64,000 bases of DNA from Tetramitus jugosus (lineage: Eukaryota > Protista > Heterolobosea): assembly GCA_937625935.1 (NCBI GenBank), contig OW569349.1:434001-498000 (forward strand). The letters are read 5' to 3'. Shown piece after piece: positions 31,614 through 42,498 of the stretch; the stretch's first letter is position 1, and each line of letters starts with the position of its first letter. The notes under the pieces were generated by a model. That model was not told the DNA's origin and did not search any database. It saw only the letters and a program-made list of their open reading frames with translations. A program made the position numbers and the translations under genes.

Positions 31614-33035
31614 ATGACAAGTTCCAACGACAACCTCGATGACGACAACAGTGATCATGATGATGAACAACCATTCATTAGCGCAACAGAAACAAGTTCT
31701 TATCGTCGGCACAGACATCAAGCAAAGAAAGATCCCCAAGGCAAAAACAACAGCCACAACAATCAGAGTAAAAGAAAGAAGAACAAAACCACAATGGATA
31801 GTAAGGAACAGTCAGAGAAGAAGAGGACACTACCCAAGTTTGGATATGTAGATACCCACGCAGTGCTTCCCTCTTGTATCATGAGAACAGTGCTGTCGTT
31901 GACTCATTCCACACGAATTCAGAATCAAATTCTCCAGAGTGGTGAGAATGAGTATCAATTAGAGCTCATGGTTTCCAAGTTGGGTGCGATCCAAGGTCAA
32001 TATATGATTGGTGATGATACGGGGTCTGTTCAGTGGAATGCAATCACCTATCCTCGCTTTGGTGGCTATTTTCCCATGGGATCAAAGATCTGCTGTACAA
32101 GTGATGATAACAAGTCATTTATTACTCTGCAACTAGAGTTTAAGAGCTTGAAGGAGAATCCTACGACAGCGAATCAAATGCTCTATCGACCCGTCTTGAA
32201 TCAAATGATGATGGTCAATCCAATGCAACTCCTGCCCTTAGAGAGCAGCAAACACAAGAGAACACTGCTTCATTGTTCTGCCATTTTATTGAATCCAGAA
32301 TTCACAAAGGTTCTCGTTGGAAGAAAGGTGCATAGCGATCACTTTATCGAATGTATGGAAGCGATCGATTATTACTTTAGAGAACATTATAAGAATCGAC
32401 ATACACAGCTAAGGCAACGATACTTGTGTAACAAGAAAGCGATTGAAACATGGAGCAATTCAGAACTAGAACTCGTGGCGCATTACCTTCCTCAATTCAG
32501 TAACTCAAACGACGAGAGTGAAGAAGCAACTGTGTATCGGACTGCATGGAAAAAGAATTGGATGTTTGATGAGACATTGATTTACTTGTCAGAAGTTGCA
32601 CAAAGAGAGCTGAATACCAGAAGAGAACAATCGATCAATCGTAAGCACAAATGTTGGAGCTTTCCTTCTGCTACATGTGCATGTAAAATACAAGAGAAGC
32701 GGTACAAATTCGAGGTAAATTTGGAAACTGCAAAGCGAGCTGTATGCTTCGAAACTGGCTTACAAATCAAACTGAACAGCGATTGTCCATTCTTTGACCA
32801 CCATTCAGATCAAACATTTGAGAGTAACCTTTGTTTTGATCGATTCTTCATAGTGCATATGCCATCAGAGAATGCTGTACAGAGCATAAGCAAGCGCGGA
32901 TACTCGCATTGGAAATGGCTGTCAATCGATGATATCATCTCCAATGAAAAGTTCTCCAGTCATCTCCAATCCATTGCACAAACTCTTACACAACATATTC
33001 ACCAATCCAAATCACAAACCGATATCATTGCATAA
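31614..33035 (+). CDS. Protein with a degenerate C-terminal Nudix-like domain
   Basis: CSAILLN...KVLV, WSFP, E...ETAKRAVCFETGL (Nudix-box-like), RFFIV, WKWLSIDD. Confidence 0.6.
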   Translation: MTSSNDNLDDDNSDHDDEQPFISATETSSYRRHRHQAKKDPQGKNNSHNNQSKRKKNKTTMDSKEQSEKKRTLPKFGYVDTHAVLPSCIMRTVLSLTHSTRIQNQILQSGENEYQLELMVSKLGAIQGQYMIGDDTGSVQWNAITYPRFGGYFPMGSKICCTSDDNKSFITLQLEFKSLKENPTTANQMLYRPVLNQMMMVNPMQLLPLESSKHKRTLLHCSAILLNPEFTKVLVGRKVHSDHFIECMEAIDYYFREHYKNRHTQLRQRYLCNKKAIETWSNSELELVAHYLPQFSNSNDESEEATVYRTAWKKNWMFDETLIYLSEVAQRELNTRREQSINRKHKCWSFPSATCACKIQEKRYKFEVNLETAKRAVCFETGLQIKLNSDCPFFDHHSDQTFESNLCFDRFFIVHMPSENAVQSISKRGYSHWKWLSIDDIISNEKFSSHLQSIAQTLTQHIHQSKSQTDIIA

Positions 33036-33116
33036 ATAACAAGAATAACATCAACAGTACATGTTAGTAGATTTCAAATATTTCCCATCCACGCCTATAA
33101 AAGATCCCCAAGCGCT

Positions 33117-33701
33117 TCAACGCTTCTCCACAAGCTCAACAACAGCTCCCATTGCCTCACTCTCACTCGCTTTCTCCTTCTCTGCTTTCAACTGCGCCTC
33201 TCGTCTCTTTTTAACCATCATATACACAGAAAATCGATACACAATGAACAATACAATGGCAGCCAACAAGAAATGTCGACTCATCTTTTTTCTGTTTCTC
33301 ATTCGAATCTCATGTCCTTCAAACTCCTCACTAACACCACCAGGCTCACCATAACGACGCATAAACTCAGCGGCTGTTGCACTTGGATGACTCTGATGGT
33401 GTTGGTGACGAAAGTGCTGCACACTGTTCTCATCCCCGCTCATGAATAGGCTCATATTGTAATGTCTCCTCTGTTCATCATCAATCAACGTTTCATATGC
33501 GTTCGTAATCATTTTGAATCGATGTTCTATTGACTCATGCGTCTTGTTAGAAGCAGGGGCACGCTTCTTGTGTGCATTCGCGTCTGGATGATACAGTTTT
33601 GCTAGTTTGAGATACGCAGAACGAATTTCCTTCTTGTTGGCCGATTGAGCAACACCTAGTAGCTGATAAAAGTTTCCAGTCAAGTGAGTATTGAGGGGCA
33701 T
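33117..33701 (-). CDS. DnaJ-domain protein with C-terminal TM helix
   Basis: NFYQLLGV, EIRSAYLKLAKLYHPD, FKMITNAYETL, RRHYN. Start codon is uncertain. Confidence 0.85.
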   Translation of the reverse strand: MPLNTHLTGNFYQLLGVAQSANKKEIRSAYLKLAKLYHPDANAHKKRAPASNKTHESIEHRFKMITNAYETLIDDEQRRHYNMSLFMSGDENSVQHFRHQHHQSHPSATAAEFMRRYGEPGGVSEEFEGHEIRMRNRKKMSRHFLLAAIVLFIVYRFSVYMMVKKRREAQLKAEKEKASESEAMGAVVELVEKR

Positions 33702-34321
33702 TGTTGTGTTATCGTTGCTCGTTTGTAGTTGATCTTTTGTTTTGGTGAGGTATTTTGGGCTCGACTTCTCAGTCAATCATCTTTTGAAGGTTTTTTGATT
33801 GGCCTCTTTTTCGGGTGTTCCTTTGACCAGGTTTGTATTGTGGAATTGCGCGATATTACACCGCAATATTGTAAACCATTGAAGAACACAACTCCTTCAA
33901 ACTTAATACAATGGCCATTCAAAACCGTGTATCGTTGGGGATTATCAGGAAGTTTTGAACTTTCATCAAGAAGGCTCTTCACTCTAACCAACCTTAGATG
34001 ACATATCTCAATCTCTTCTTGATGATATTGTTAGATACCACATGAAGAATGAAATCATATCATTCCTCTGACTGTAAACATGTCACACATCAATGACTCG
34101 TCATGTCACAGATGAAATGAATCCTTGTCGGAATAAAATCAATATTGTAATCAATGCTTATTCACCCGACTCGAACGGACTTGATCTTCAGTTGTCGCTT
34201 GGAGACGTCAAGAATCAAAGCGTGGCAACTGCATCAGCTTTTGTAGTTTTTTTCGTGGCTAAAAAACAAAAACACACAACAACAACACCTGTATTCTACA
34301 TTCAACAACAACAACCCAACA

Positions 34322-35761
34322 ATGGCAACTCAAGACCTTTCTCAATTGATCTCTAGACTCGAACAAGTCACCTCTCGTTTGGAAACACTCAAGGTTGGTG
34401 GTGGCTCCAGTAGCTCTGGTGCTTCCAACTCTGCTGCTTCTGTTGCTCCACAAGTTGCTGCCTATGACAACTATGTCAGTGAATACTTGCAACCATTCTT
34501 GAACACTTGCGACAAGATTGGTGCACCATTGGACAAGGCAAAGGCAATCATCCAAACTGGTTTTGCTGAAGTGAGAGCTCTGATTGATAGAGCAAGCAAG
34601 TCCAAGAAGCCTTCTGATGAAGAATTGGCTCCTGCTTTGGCTCCAATCTCCAAGGTGATGAATGATTTGCAAAACTTGAGAATGGACAACCGTCAAAGCC
34701 CATTCTTCAATCACTTGTACGCAATTGATGAAGGTATGAAGTGCTTGGCATGGGTATCCGTTCCAAACATTACTGTGAGCTATGTTCAAGGCATGGTTGA
34801 CTCTGCTCAATTCTACAACAACAAGGTGCTCGTCGAATTCAGAAAGAAGGAAGGTGGTGAGACTCATGTTCAATTCGTTGAACAACTCAAGCAATCCATT
34901 ACCGAGTTGGCTGCCTATGTCAAGGAGAATCACATGACTGGTTTGACCTTTAACCCAAGAGGAGGAGACTTCAAGAGCGCTACTGCTTCCGAGTCTGCTG
35001 CTCCAGCTACCTCTGCACCAGCTACTGCTGCCACCAGCACATCTGCTCCAGTCAAGACTGCACCTGCACCTCAGAGACCTGCTATGGGTGGTGACTTGTT
35101 GGCATCCATCAAGGCCAAGCAAGACAATGCTGCCTCTGGATTGTCCAAGGTGACTGATGACATGAAGACCAAGAACAGAACTGACAATGTATCTGTTGTT
35201 TCTTCATCCACCGCCACCAAGGCTACCGGTGTTGTTCCAAGAGCTACTGTCGACAAGTTCAACGGTACTCCAAGATTCGAATTGGAGAAGGGTGTTGGTG
35301 AGAAGTGGGTCGTTGAGTATCAAAAGAACAATAATGCTCTTCAAATCACTGACACTAACTTGAAGCAAAACGTCTATGCTTACAGATGCTTAAACTCTCT
35401 GATCACCATCTCTGGTAAGGTCAAGAATGTTGCCATCGATGGATGCAAGAAGTGCGGTGTCATTGTTGATGAAGTTGTTGGCTCTATCGAGTTTGTCAAC
35501 TGCGAGAGTGTTAAGCTCCAAATCAACGGAAAGTGCCCAATCATCAGCGTCGACAAGGTTGATGGCTTCCAATTGTTCTTGTCCAAGGACTCTTTGGACT
35601 CCAAGCTTGTTGCCAGCAAGAGTTCTGAGATGAACATTAATGTTCCATCCAAGACTGACGAGGATGACTATGTTGAGTCTGCCGTTCCAGAACAATTCGT
35701 CACCACCTACAACGTTGCTTCTGGCAAGTTCACCACCGAAGTCAACAGCGTTTTCATGTAA
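34322..35761 (+). CDS. CAP: Adenylyl cyclase-associated protein (CAP/Srv2)
   Basis: LISRLEQVTSRLE, FFNHLYAIDEG..CLAWV, SAQFYNNKVL, WH2 (LLASIK...LSKVTDDMKT), CARP domain (KWVVEYQ, SKSSEMNI, PEQF). Confidence 0.96.
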   Translation: MATQDLSQLISRLEQVTSRLETLKVGGGSSSSGASNSAASVAPQVAAYDNYVSEYLQPFLNTCDKIGAPLDKAKAIIQTGFAEVRALIDRASKSKKPSDEELAPALAPISKVMNDLQNLRMDNRQSPFFNHLYAIDEGMKCLAWVSVPNITVSYVQGMVDSAQFYNNKVLVEFRKKEGGETHVQFVEQLKQSITELAAYVKENHMTGLTFNPRGGDFKSATASESAAPATSAPATAATSTSAPVKTAPAPQRPAMGGDLLASIKAKQDNAASGLSKVTDDMKTKNRTDNVSVVSSSTATKATGVVPRATVDKFNGTPRFELEKGVGEKWVVEYQKNNNALQITDTNLKQNVYAYRCLNSLITISGKVKNVAIDGCKKCGVIVDEVVGSIEFVNCESVKLQINGKCPIISVDKVDGFQLFLSKDSLDSKLVASKSSEMNINVPSKTDEDDYVESAVPEQFVTTYNVASGKFTTEVNSVFM

Positions 35762-35810
35762 AAAACTTGTTTCTTCTTTTCGACACAATTTCTGTTCTTT
35801 TTATTTGCAT

Positions 35811-38351
35811 TTAGGCAATCTTCTTCAGTTCTTTTTTCAGCTTGTGAAGCAGCTCTTTGAACTCTTTCGTTTCTCCTTCCCTCAAATGGAACACGATGAA
35901 CAAACTCTCATCGATCGTCCTTTCAGCAAAGATTGCAAACTTCATGTTTCGTTTCGTCGAGATGCACTTGATCACCACCAGAGGTTTGGTAGCGATAGGT
36001 GTCACATGAGGAAGCTCCAACTTGTCAAACTTTTCTTGTGTTGGTTTCTCACCATTCATCTCAATCATATCCTGTTCTTGTTCTTCCAGTTCGTCAATAA
36101 TTTCCTTCATCAATATTTCGTGGTCTGTTCGAGCAGGACATAACTTGAAATGACAACCGAGACAAGCCAAGTTCTCACACAATATCGTCGTTAGTGTCCT
36201 GACAGCTGACTCGACGTCCTTGAAACGTTTGAACCATGAGGAGATCTCAAAATTCTCAATAACCAACTGTGCTCGCTTCTTCTCACCTTGCATCCATGGA
36301 TGCAACAGGATTTGATCAAGTGGCACTCTATCATCAGGATCAGAGCATAGCATTTTCCTAATGAGATCCCTAGCCTCTGGTGATACTCTGTCTGAGTCTA
36401 CGTAGCCATAGTTGATTGATTTAATATCTTCAAACATTTGTGTGACATCAGCCTCGTTGAAAGGCAGTCTGCCCGTCACAAAGCAATAAAGAATGATACC
36501 GGAGCTCCATGTATCAACCTTCTCACCAGAGTACACTTCTCCTCTAATTTGTTCAGGTGACAAATGATAAAGTGATCCAACGAGTTGTGTGCTGAACAGA
36601 TCCCATCCCTTTCTGAAGATACGTGCCTGTCCGAAATCGGTAATCTTCACGTTTCCATCATTATCCATGAGAAGGTTCTCCAAACGCAAATCCCGATGGC
36701 AAACACCCATATTGTGACAATAAATCAGACCAGTAATTAATTGGTGGAAATAGAAGCGAGCAAGTGGTTCGGGGAATGGTCCATTCTGCAAATGCTCATA
36801 CAGAGAACCACCACCACACAGCTCCATTTCCAAATAAATATGTAAATCATCCGAGTCTACGCTGTACAGTCGTACAACAGATGGATGTTTCAACATTTGC
36901 ATTGCCTGAATCTCAATATCCAACTGACTGAGCTCCGAAACATTGCCCTTCTTCACTACTTTGATGGCACGTCTAGAGTCGTCCTCTTCATCATCATCAC
37001 TCTCCTCATGCTTACCAGTCGGAGTAGAAGTGGTAGTTGCAGTGTTGTTGTTGTTTTCAGAGCGATCGGCAGCAGCAGCAGATCTAGGGCTTGTTACCTT
37101 TGCCTTTGCCCCTCCTATTGTTGTAGCGGCAGAGTTGCTACTGCTACTGCTATAATCCCTTTCATCATAATCAATCATCTCCGACTCATCAACAACCTTC
37201 TCTGCATACTTGACAATACCATAACTACCTTTTCCGAGCGTGTACAGCATTCGATAGTGACTGCAGACAATGTTACCATACAATTCATCATTGTTGTTAT
37301 TCAATTGGAATCTTCCCTCATACAAATTCAAAATCACATCGGCCAATCGGAAGAATTCAGACTTGGACAAGTAACCAGTGTCTGTCACATTGTACTCTTG
37401 CATAATCTTGTGAACTACATCATCATCCTCCTCTGGCTCATCAAACAATAGACCCGACAGATTGATACCATCTCTCTGAACAGCACGCAAAATAATGGAC
37501 AAGTCTGCTTCGGACACTGAATTGACTCTTCCAATATCAGCCAATTTAAACAACCATTCAATAAAGTGTTTCCTGTTCTTTGCACCGTACATTTCCTTGT
37601 TCAATGTGGGCAACAATGCAATCGTAATTTTGTTTCTCAATTGAAGGTGAATGTCCTTTGTTGATTTCTTGTTGTGACAAAAGAGTTTGGGAGAGTTGAA
37701 CATGGAGACGTAGCCATCGACAGGACTGACTGGAGCAGAAGTGGATGACATGGGTGATAATTGGGGTGCATAGAGATTGTTGCTGCTACCACCATTGTTT
37801 GTTTGTATCGTCAAATGGTGATCAGAGTCAGAGTCATGATGATGATGATGGTGATGATGATGATCCATGTCATTCAAGTGAGACGATGATTTAGCTTTGA
37901 AGAAGCGTTGAAAGAATTGAGGAGTTTCGCTCTGATGACTCGCACTCTGATGATAGTGATGTGATTCTTGCTTCATTGCTTGTTTTTGAATACTGTGAAC
38001 AAATTTTTCCATTTCCGAGTATTCTTTGAAATTGAGAGAACATGTTCTCTCTTGATCAAACTAAGATGGGTGTGAGATGGGTGTGTAAGAAAGATAAAGA
38101 GTGTGATTTGAGTTAGTTTCTCTCTGTGTTTGTGCTATTGTATGCTATTGTGTGATGACTCAAAGACAATCAAAAAAATGATGATGACAAATAACAACAC
38201 ATACATGATAGAGAGTGGCAAGTGAACATAGCATGGGAACGTCACTTGTGTGGGTATCACTTAACAAAATTTCTTGCAAATTGACACGGCCACACTTTTC
38301 CTTATCCAATTGTTCAAAAACTTTACGTGAAGTTGTTGGTGTATTTCCCAT
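35811..38351 (-). CDS. EF-hand / CIPK(SNF1)-like Ser/Thr kinase fusion; exons 38351-38205 and 38060-35811
   Basis: Phase-0 intron 38061-38204. MGNTPT N-terminus and four EF-hand-like loops, then a kinase domain (GKGSYG, AIK, HRDLRLEN, DFG, SPE, DTWSSG) and a KA1/CIPK-C-like tail. Confidence 0.85.
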
Positions 38352-38799
38352 TTTTTTCTAAAGTTTTGGTGTGATAGTGGTGTGAGTTGATTGGTGGTGG
38401 TGATGGTGGTGGAGTGAGTTTGTGGTTGGTTGTTTTTGGTTGGTGTCTTTTCGATGGAAAGTTGTGGAAAGCTTTTGGTAGAGAGCGCTGTATGAGATGA
38501 ACAATGCTACTTGTTGGCTTTTGTTGATGGAAGTGGTGCTTGATGCAAAAAAATAATTAGTTTGGTTGTTGTTTTGTTGTTGGTGTTGTTCTCGTTGTTG
38601 CTTGCAGAAGCTTTAGTGTGAAGATCGTGTGCGAGCTCACAAAGCTAACAAAAGCAGAACAGGCTCGAACGAGATTGAGGTCACACAATAATACACGTCG
38701 TACTTTTTTGTTGAAGGAGAAATCGAGGACTCCAATAGCACATCTCCATCGCGTGTGATGTGTTTTGCGGAATGGACAGTCTGTGAAAAGATCAGATAT

Positions 38800-40008
38800 C
38801 TACGAACATTTGAACTCGCTTTTTTTATTCTCCATGTCAAGCAACGTTACACACTCGCACCATATCCAAGAGTACCACTTGTGCCAACTAACTGAATTGA
38901 GTAACACCTTTTTGTACAGATAATCAGAGTCTATGAACCAGATATGATACCAGATTGTGTCATACCTGCCAGAGCTCGAGAGGAGAATTTTGATGCTCAA
39001 TGTCAGTAACTTGAAGTATTCTTTGAGAGGTGTGTCAACTTGTCCAGCTACGGAATTATTAACGGTATGGTATTCAGAATGAATTAACTGTTCCTCTAGT
39101 GTTCTCATGTGCTCTGTAAATCTTCCACTCACGAGTTCGATCATTACGTTAAGTTCATCGCTAACGGCTGATTGATGATTGTTGACCCTTTCTACGCTCA
39201 TTCTATTTACAGATTCAGATAGAGTTTCTTGAGGCGAACTAGACTTAGTAACACTGGACCTCTCATGTTCTGAGTATTTCTCTTGTATTTCCTCTAGAGC
39301 AAGCGATAACTCGTCATTATGGTGTGATAGATACAAGTTTTCGGATTCAATATTACTTAACGTTTCTCGAAGTTCATTGATCATGAGTTCATTGGCGAAT
39401 TGTTTCTCGTTCCAATAAATATTCAATGATTCTAGCTCTCTTTGGTATTCAGAGAGAGTTGATTCTAACTCTGTACAGGAGTTATTCTTCTCATCAAGCA
39501 TTTCTTCAAGATGAGAGTATTTACTTCTCAGACTCTTCATTGTCTCCCTTGCAGAATCGAGCTGTCCTTGAAGCTGTTCATTCTTCTTCTGGAACTCTAG
39601 AATCAACAGTTCATTTTTGCTTCTTTCTTCCTTCAACCACACAACATCTTCTTGGCACTTGTTTAGCTCACTTCTCAATTCTGCCACATTTATCCAAGAG
39701 GAGCTATTGACTTGATCCAAAGCGAGTAAGGCCTGCTTTGTTACCAAGGGTTGAGCCAATTCACTGAATGTTGATACAGGTGCTTCCTTTGTCGTGATTT
39801 GTTTCTTCTTGACATGAACACTCTCCAACAGTTGTTTCAAGCCCACATTTTTCTCTTTCAACTCTTCATTCTCCTCCTTGAGGGTCTTCACGAGCTGAAT
39901 CAGTCCTGTTGAGAATTGAATTGCCTTGAAAAAATCATCCTTTGAGAAATCGAACTGAGAGAGATCAAAATCTTCTTGCATCCCCTGGTTTCCGAGCCAA
40001 TTTTTCAT
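38800..40008 (-). CDS. Coiled-coil hypothetical protein with Trp-rich C-terminal domain
   Basis: 402-aa ORF with a long heptad E/K/L-rich region and C-terminal WYHIWFID..LY..V....VSWHKWYSWIW. Confidence 0.7.
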   Translation of the reverse strand: MKNWLGNQGMQEDFDLSQFDFSKDDFFKAIQFSTGLIQLVKTLKEENEELKEKNVGLKQLLESVHVKKKQITTKEAPVSTFSELAQPLVTKQALLALDQVNSSSWINVAELRSELNKCQEDVVWLKEERSKNELLILEFQKKNEQLQGQLDSARETMKSLRSKYSHLEEMLDEKNNSCTELESTLSEYQRELESLNIYWNEKQFANELMINELRETLSNIESENLYLSHHNDELSLALEEIQEKYSEHERSSVTKSSSPQETLSESVNRMSVERVNNHQSAVSDELNVMIELVSGRFTEHMRTLEEQLIHSEYHTVNNSVAGQVDTPLKEYFKLLTLSIKILLSSSGRYDTIWYHIWFIDSDYLYKKVLLNSVSWHKWYSWIWCECVTLLDMENKKSEFKCS

Positions 40009-40036
40009 GAGTTTCCTCTTTTACTTTCATTGGCCT

Positions 40037-40077
40037 TTTCGCGCGGACCAAAACTGTAAACGCTCATGGGCGCGAAA
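40037..40077. promoter_or_regulatory. Inverted pair of E2F-like TTTCGCGC motifs in a divergent promoter
   Basis: TTTCGCGC at 40037-40044 and GCGCGAAA at 40070-40077, between the divergent starts at 40008 and 40138. Confidence 0.4.
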
Positions 40078-40137
40078 ATCTCGCGCAGGTCTTTTGTGAA
40101 AGATGACGAGAGCAGAGTGTGTGCTTGATCGAGAGAA

Positions 40138-41139
40138 ATGCAAATACCCTCTTCAGAATCACTGCCCCAACGACAGAGAACTGTCCTATTTCTAGGGGAT
40201 GAACCAAGGGGGACGCCCAATCACAACAGAGCGATCAGAAGAAATCACAACAATCACCTCTTCTCCGTCATGATGCAAAATGATCAATCTCCATCTCCAG
40301 TGGAACTGAAGGAGCAACAGGCTGTTGTGAATACCTTATGGGATGAAGAAGACGATCAGGTTCCGGTCCCTGACCGTCACAATGAACAGGAGCGCAAACC
40401 CAATCTGATTTGGCAGTTCGTCAAGTTACAGAGTTCGGTGTTCGCCAAGAAATGGACCAAGCATTTTTATCGGTTGTTGTTCAACTCTCAGACATCATGT
40501 CTCATATGGGTTCTGGTTGTGTGTTCATTGTTGTTGGCTCTGCCTTTCATCATTTTTGGATTGGCGCCTCGCAATCGCTATAGGAGAACCTATGCTGTGA
40601 AACATGATTGTAATGTGACGTCGTTTCGGCTGGAGAGTGCTGCTAATGGTTCACTGGATCTGACAGCCGAGGACCCTGCAGGAAGAGTTCGTGGTGTGTG
40701 GAGCCTGTTTATCCCAAGTGACAATTTGACGGTGCCTGTGGCATACTTTGAACCATGGCCTCGGATATGGGATGCTTCTAGGAGTCAGATATTGCACATG
40801 GCATCATCTGAAGGAAATTTTCATGTGAATTCTACCATCCGGTCATGCCTCGTACCTAAGAAAAACTCACGGAGCAGCTACGGATTTATTGATGCAAATC
40901 ATGCACTCTCTCTCAGTAGGGCATCTCTCACACTTGGATATAGTGCATTAGGTTGTTTGTGCGCTTCGATTGTTGTATGCCTATTTGTTACATTGATGGC
41001 ATGTCTAAAGGAATTCAAGACAAAGAAATCGAAGATACAACAATTGAAGGAGGAGATGGAAGAGGAAGAAGCATTTAGAATGATGTTTGATGGTACTTCA
41101 GAATCAGACTCAGATTGGACCACAATATCAGACAACTAG
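40138..41139 (+). CDS. Hypothetical two-TM membrane protein with Cys-containing loop
   Basis: Two hydrophobic helices (LIWVLVVCSLLLALPFIIFGL; LGYSALGCLCASIVVCLFVTLMACL) flank a loop with NxT/S sequons. Confidence 0.7.
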   Translation: MQIPSSESLPQRQRTVLFLGDEPRGTPNHNRAIRRNHNNHLFSVMMQNDQSPSPVELKEQQAVVNTLWDEEDDQVPVPDRHNEQERKPNLIWQFVKLQSSVFAKKWTKHFYRLLFNSQTSCLIWVLVVCSLLLALPFIIFGLAPRNRYRRTYAVKHDCNVTSFRLESAANGSLDLTAEDPAGRVRGVWSLFIPSDNLTVPVAYFEPWPRIWDASRSQILHMASSEGNFHVNSTIRSCLVPKKNSRSSYGFIDANHALSLSRASLTLGYSALGCLCASIVVCLFVTLMACLKEFKTKKSKIQQLKEEMEEEEAFRMMFDGTSESDSDWTTISDN

Positions 41140-41149
41140 TTTTATGTAT

Positions 41150-42400
41150 TTAGTTCGAGTCTTGAAGATCTCCCAATACTTTGAACTCATGCTCTTTGGT
41201 AAATGCTCCACGCTGAGAAACTCGGCTCTTTGGGAACTCTAGCACTCCAGTGCTCGGTTCTAGGGCACTTAGACATGGTACACCCGTGGAATCGAATTGA
41301 CCTCTGTATATGAATGCATTGCAATCCCATACTCCTTGATGGAGTTTACCCTCCTCAAACTGGCCAATGTATCTGGATCCATCTTTACGGAAATGGTACT
41401 CTCCTTGTCCACATTTCACTCCTGATTGAAATTCACCGATATAGGAGTCACCATTTAAGTATGTCATCTTTGCTTGGCCATGCATTTGGTTGTCTTTCCA
41501 TCCACCATAGTATCTGTTTCCATTCGGGTAAAGTTGATAACCTTTGCCGTTTTTCATATTATTCTCCCACTCTCCACAATAGAATGCGTCTACGAGGTTC
41601 TTCTTACATTTCTTCGTTTTGTACATGTAAGCACCTTTGCCATGCTTGAATCCATTCTTGTGCTGCCCTACATAAATGTCTTCGTTAGGATAGAGTGATA
41701 CCCCATATCCATTTTTCAAACCATTCTCGTTCATTGATCCCGAGTACACACCCATATCTCCTATCCTTCTTGCTCTTTGAACTGGTATCTCCAGCTCATC
41801 GGCTACGGATTGAGCAAAATCAGGTTCTGGTTCAACATCTTGATCTTGATCAAGGTGATCTTGATCAAGGTGATCTTCTTCCTCCTCTTCTTCGCTTTTG
41901 AGCTTCTCAATTAACTCATCTTCTACTCTCTGGCGTTCCTGAGTCCATCTTTCATTTATTTCCAGGGCTTGATCCAGTTTACTGTCTCCTCCGGGAGTCA
42001 AACCTGTTAATCTGAGACCATATTGAATGAACTTCTCTACTAGAAGAAAATGTCCATTATCAACTGCCCATTGGAATAAATTTCGGCCTTGTTCATCTCT
42101 CATGTGAGATAGCTGGCGTAGGCTGTACACTCTTTCATTTTCACTTTTCTGTGCTTCTTCCTCAGACAAGGGTTCTTCATCTTCAGTATCTTCGACTATC
42201 GGTGGAGCTTCAGAATCTTCTGGATAAGTTTCGACTGAGAGTTTAATCAACTTCATTATCATTGCACTAGTAGCGTTGCTATTCATATATTGCACGAGAA
42301 GAGGAGTTGGTTTTGGTCGTGGTTTCTTCTCTGCTACAGGAGTTTCGTCCTCTTCATTTCTCTCATCTTCTTGGTAGTCCTCATTATCAGAGTCGTTCAT
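41150..42400 (-). CDS. Ankyrin + MORN-repeat protein (radial-spoke RSPH1/RSP10-like candidate)
   Basis: Ankyrin-like DEQGRNLFQWAVDNGH, followed by repeated YxGxWxxxxxHGxGxxxY MORN units. Confidence 0.8.
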   Translation of the reverse strand: MNDSDNEDYQEDERNEEDETPVAEKKPRPKPTPLLVQYMNSNATSAMIMKLIKLSVETYPEDSEAPPIVEDTEDEEPLSEEEAQKSENERVYSLRQLSHMRDEQGRNLFQWAVDNGHFLLVEKFIQYGLRLTGLTPGGDSKLDQALEINERWTQERQRVEDELIEKLKSEEEEEEDHLDQDHLDQDQDVEPEPDFAQSVADELEIPVQRARRIGDMGVYSGSMNENGLKNGYGVSLYPNEDIYVGQHKNGFKHGKGAYMYKTKKCKKNLVDAFYCGEWENNMKNGKGYQLYPNGNRYYGGWKDNQMHGQAKMTYLNGDSYIGEFQSGVKCGQGEYHFRKDGSRYIGQFEEGKLHQGVWDCNAFIYRGQFDSTGVPCLSALEPSTGVLEFPKSRVSQRGAFTKEHEFKVLGDLQDSN

Positions 42401-42498
42401 ACTTTCTGTTTATCAATGGAGACATAACACAGCAGTAGAACCAAAAGCGCGCCACAACTTTCCCTGAACAACTCCGAATTTACAGACCAGTTGAACAA

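Noticed and set aside
33773-34300. Short ORFs and a TGATGA...CTGA pair in the DnaJ-CAP spacer
   Set aside because: The ORFs lack motifs and mostly lack an ATG. The C/D-like pair spans only about 50 nt, with no terminal stem or identifiable guide.
41843-41877. Short direct repeat gatcttgatcaaggt x2
   Set aside because: In-frame coding micro-duplication (DHLDQ DHLDQ); not a CRISPR repeat or a target-site duplication.
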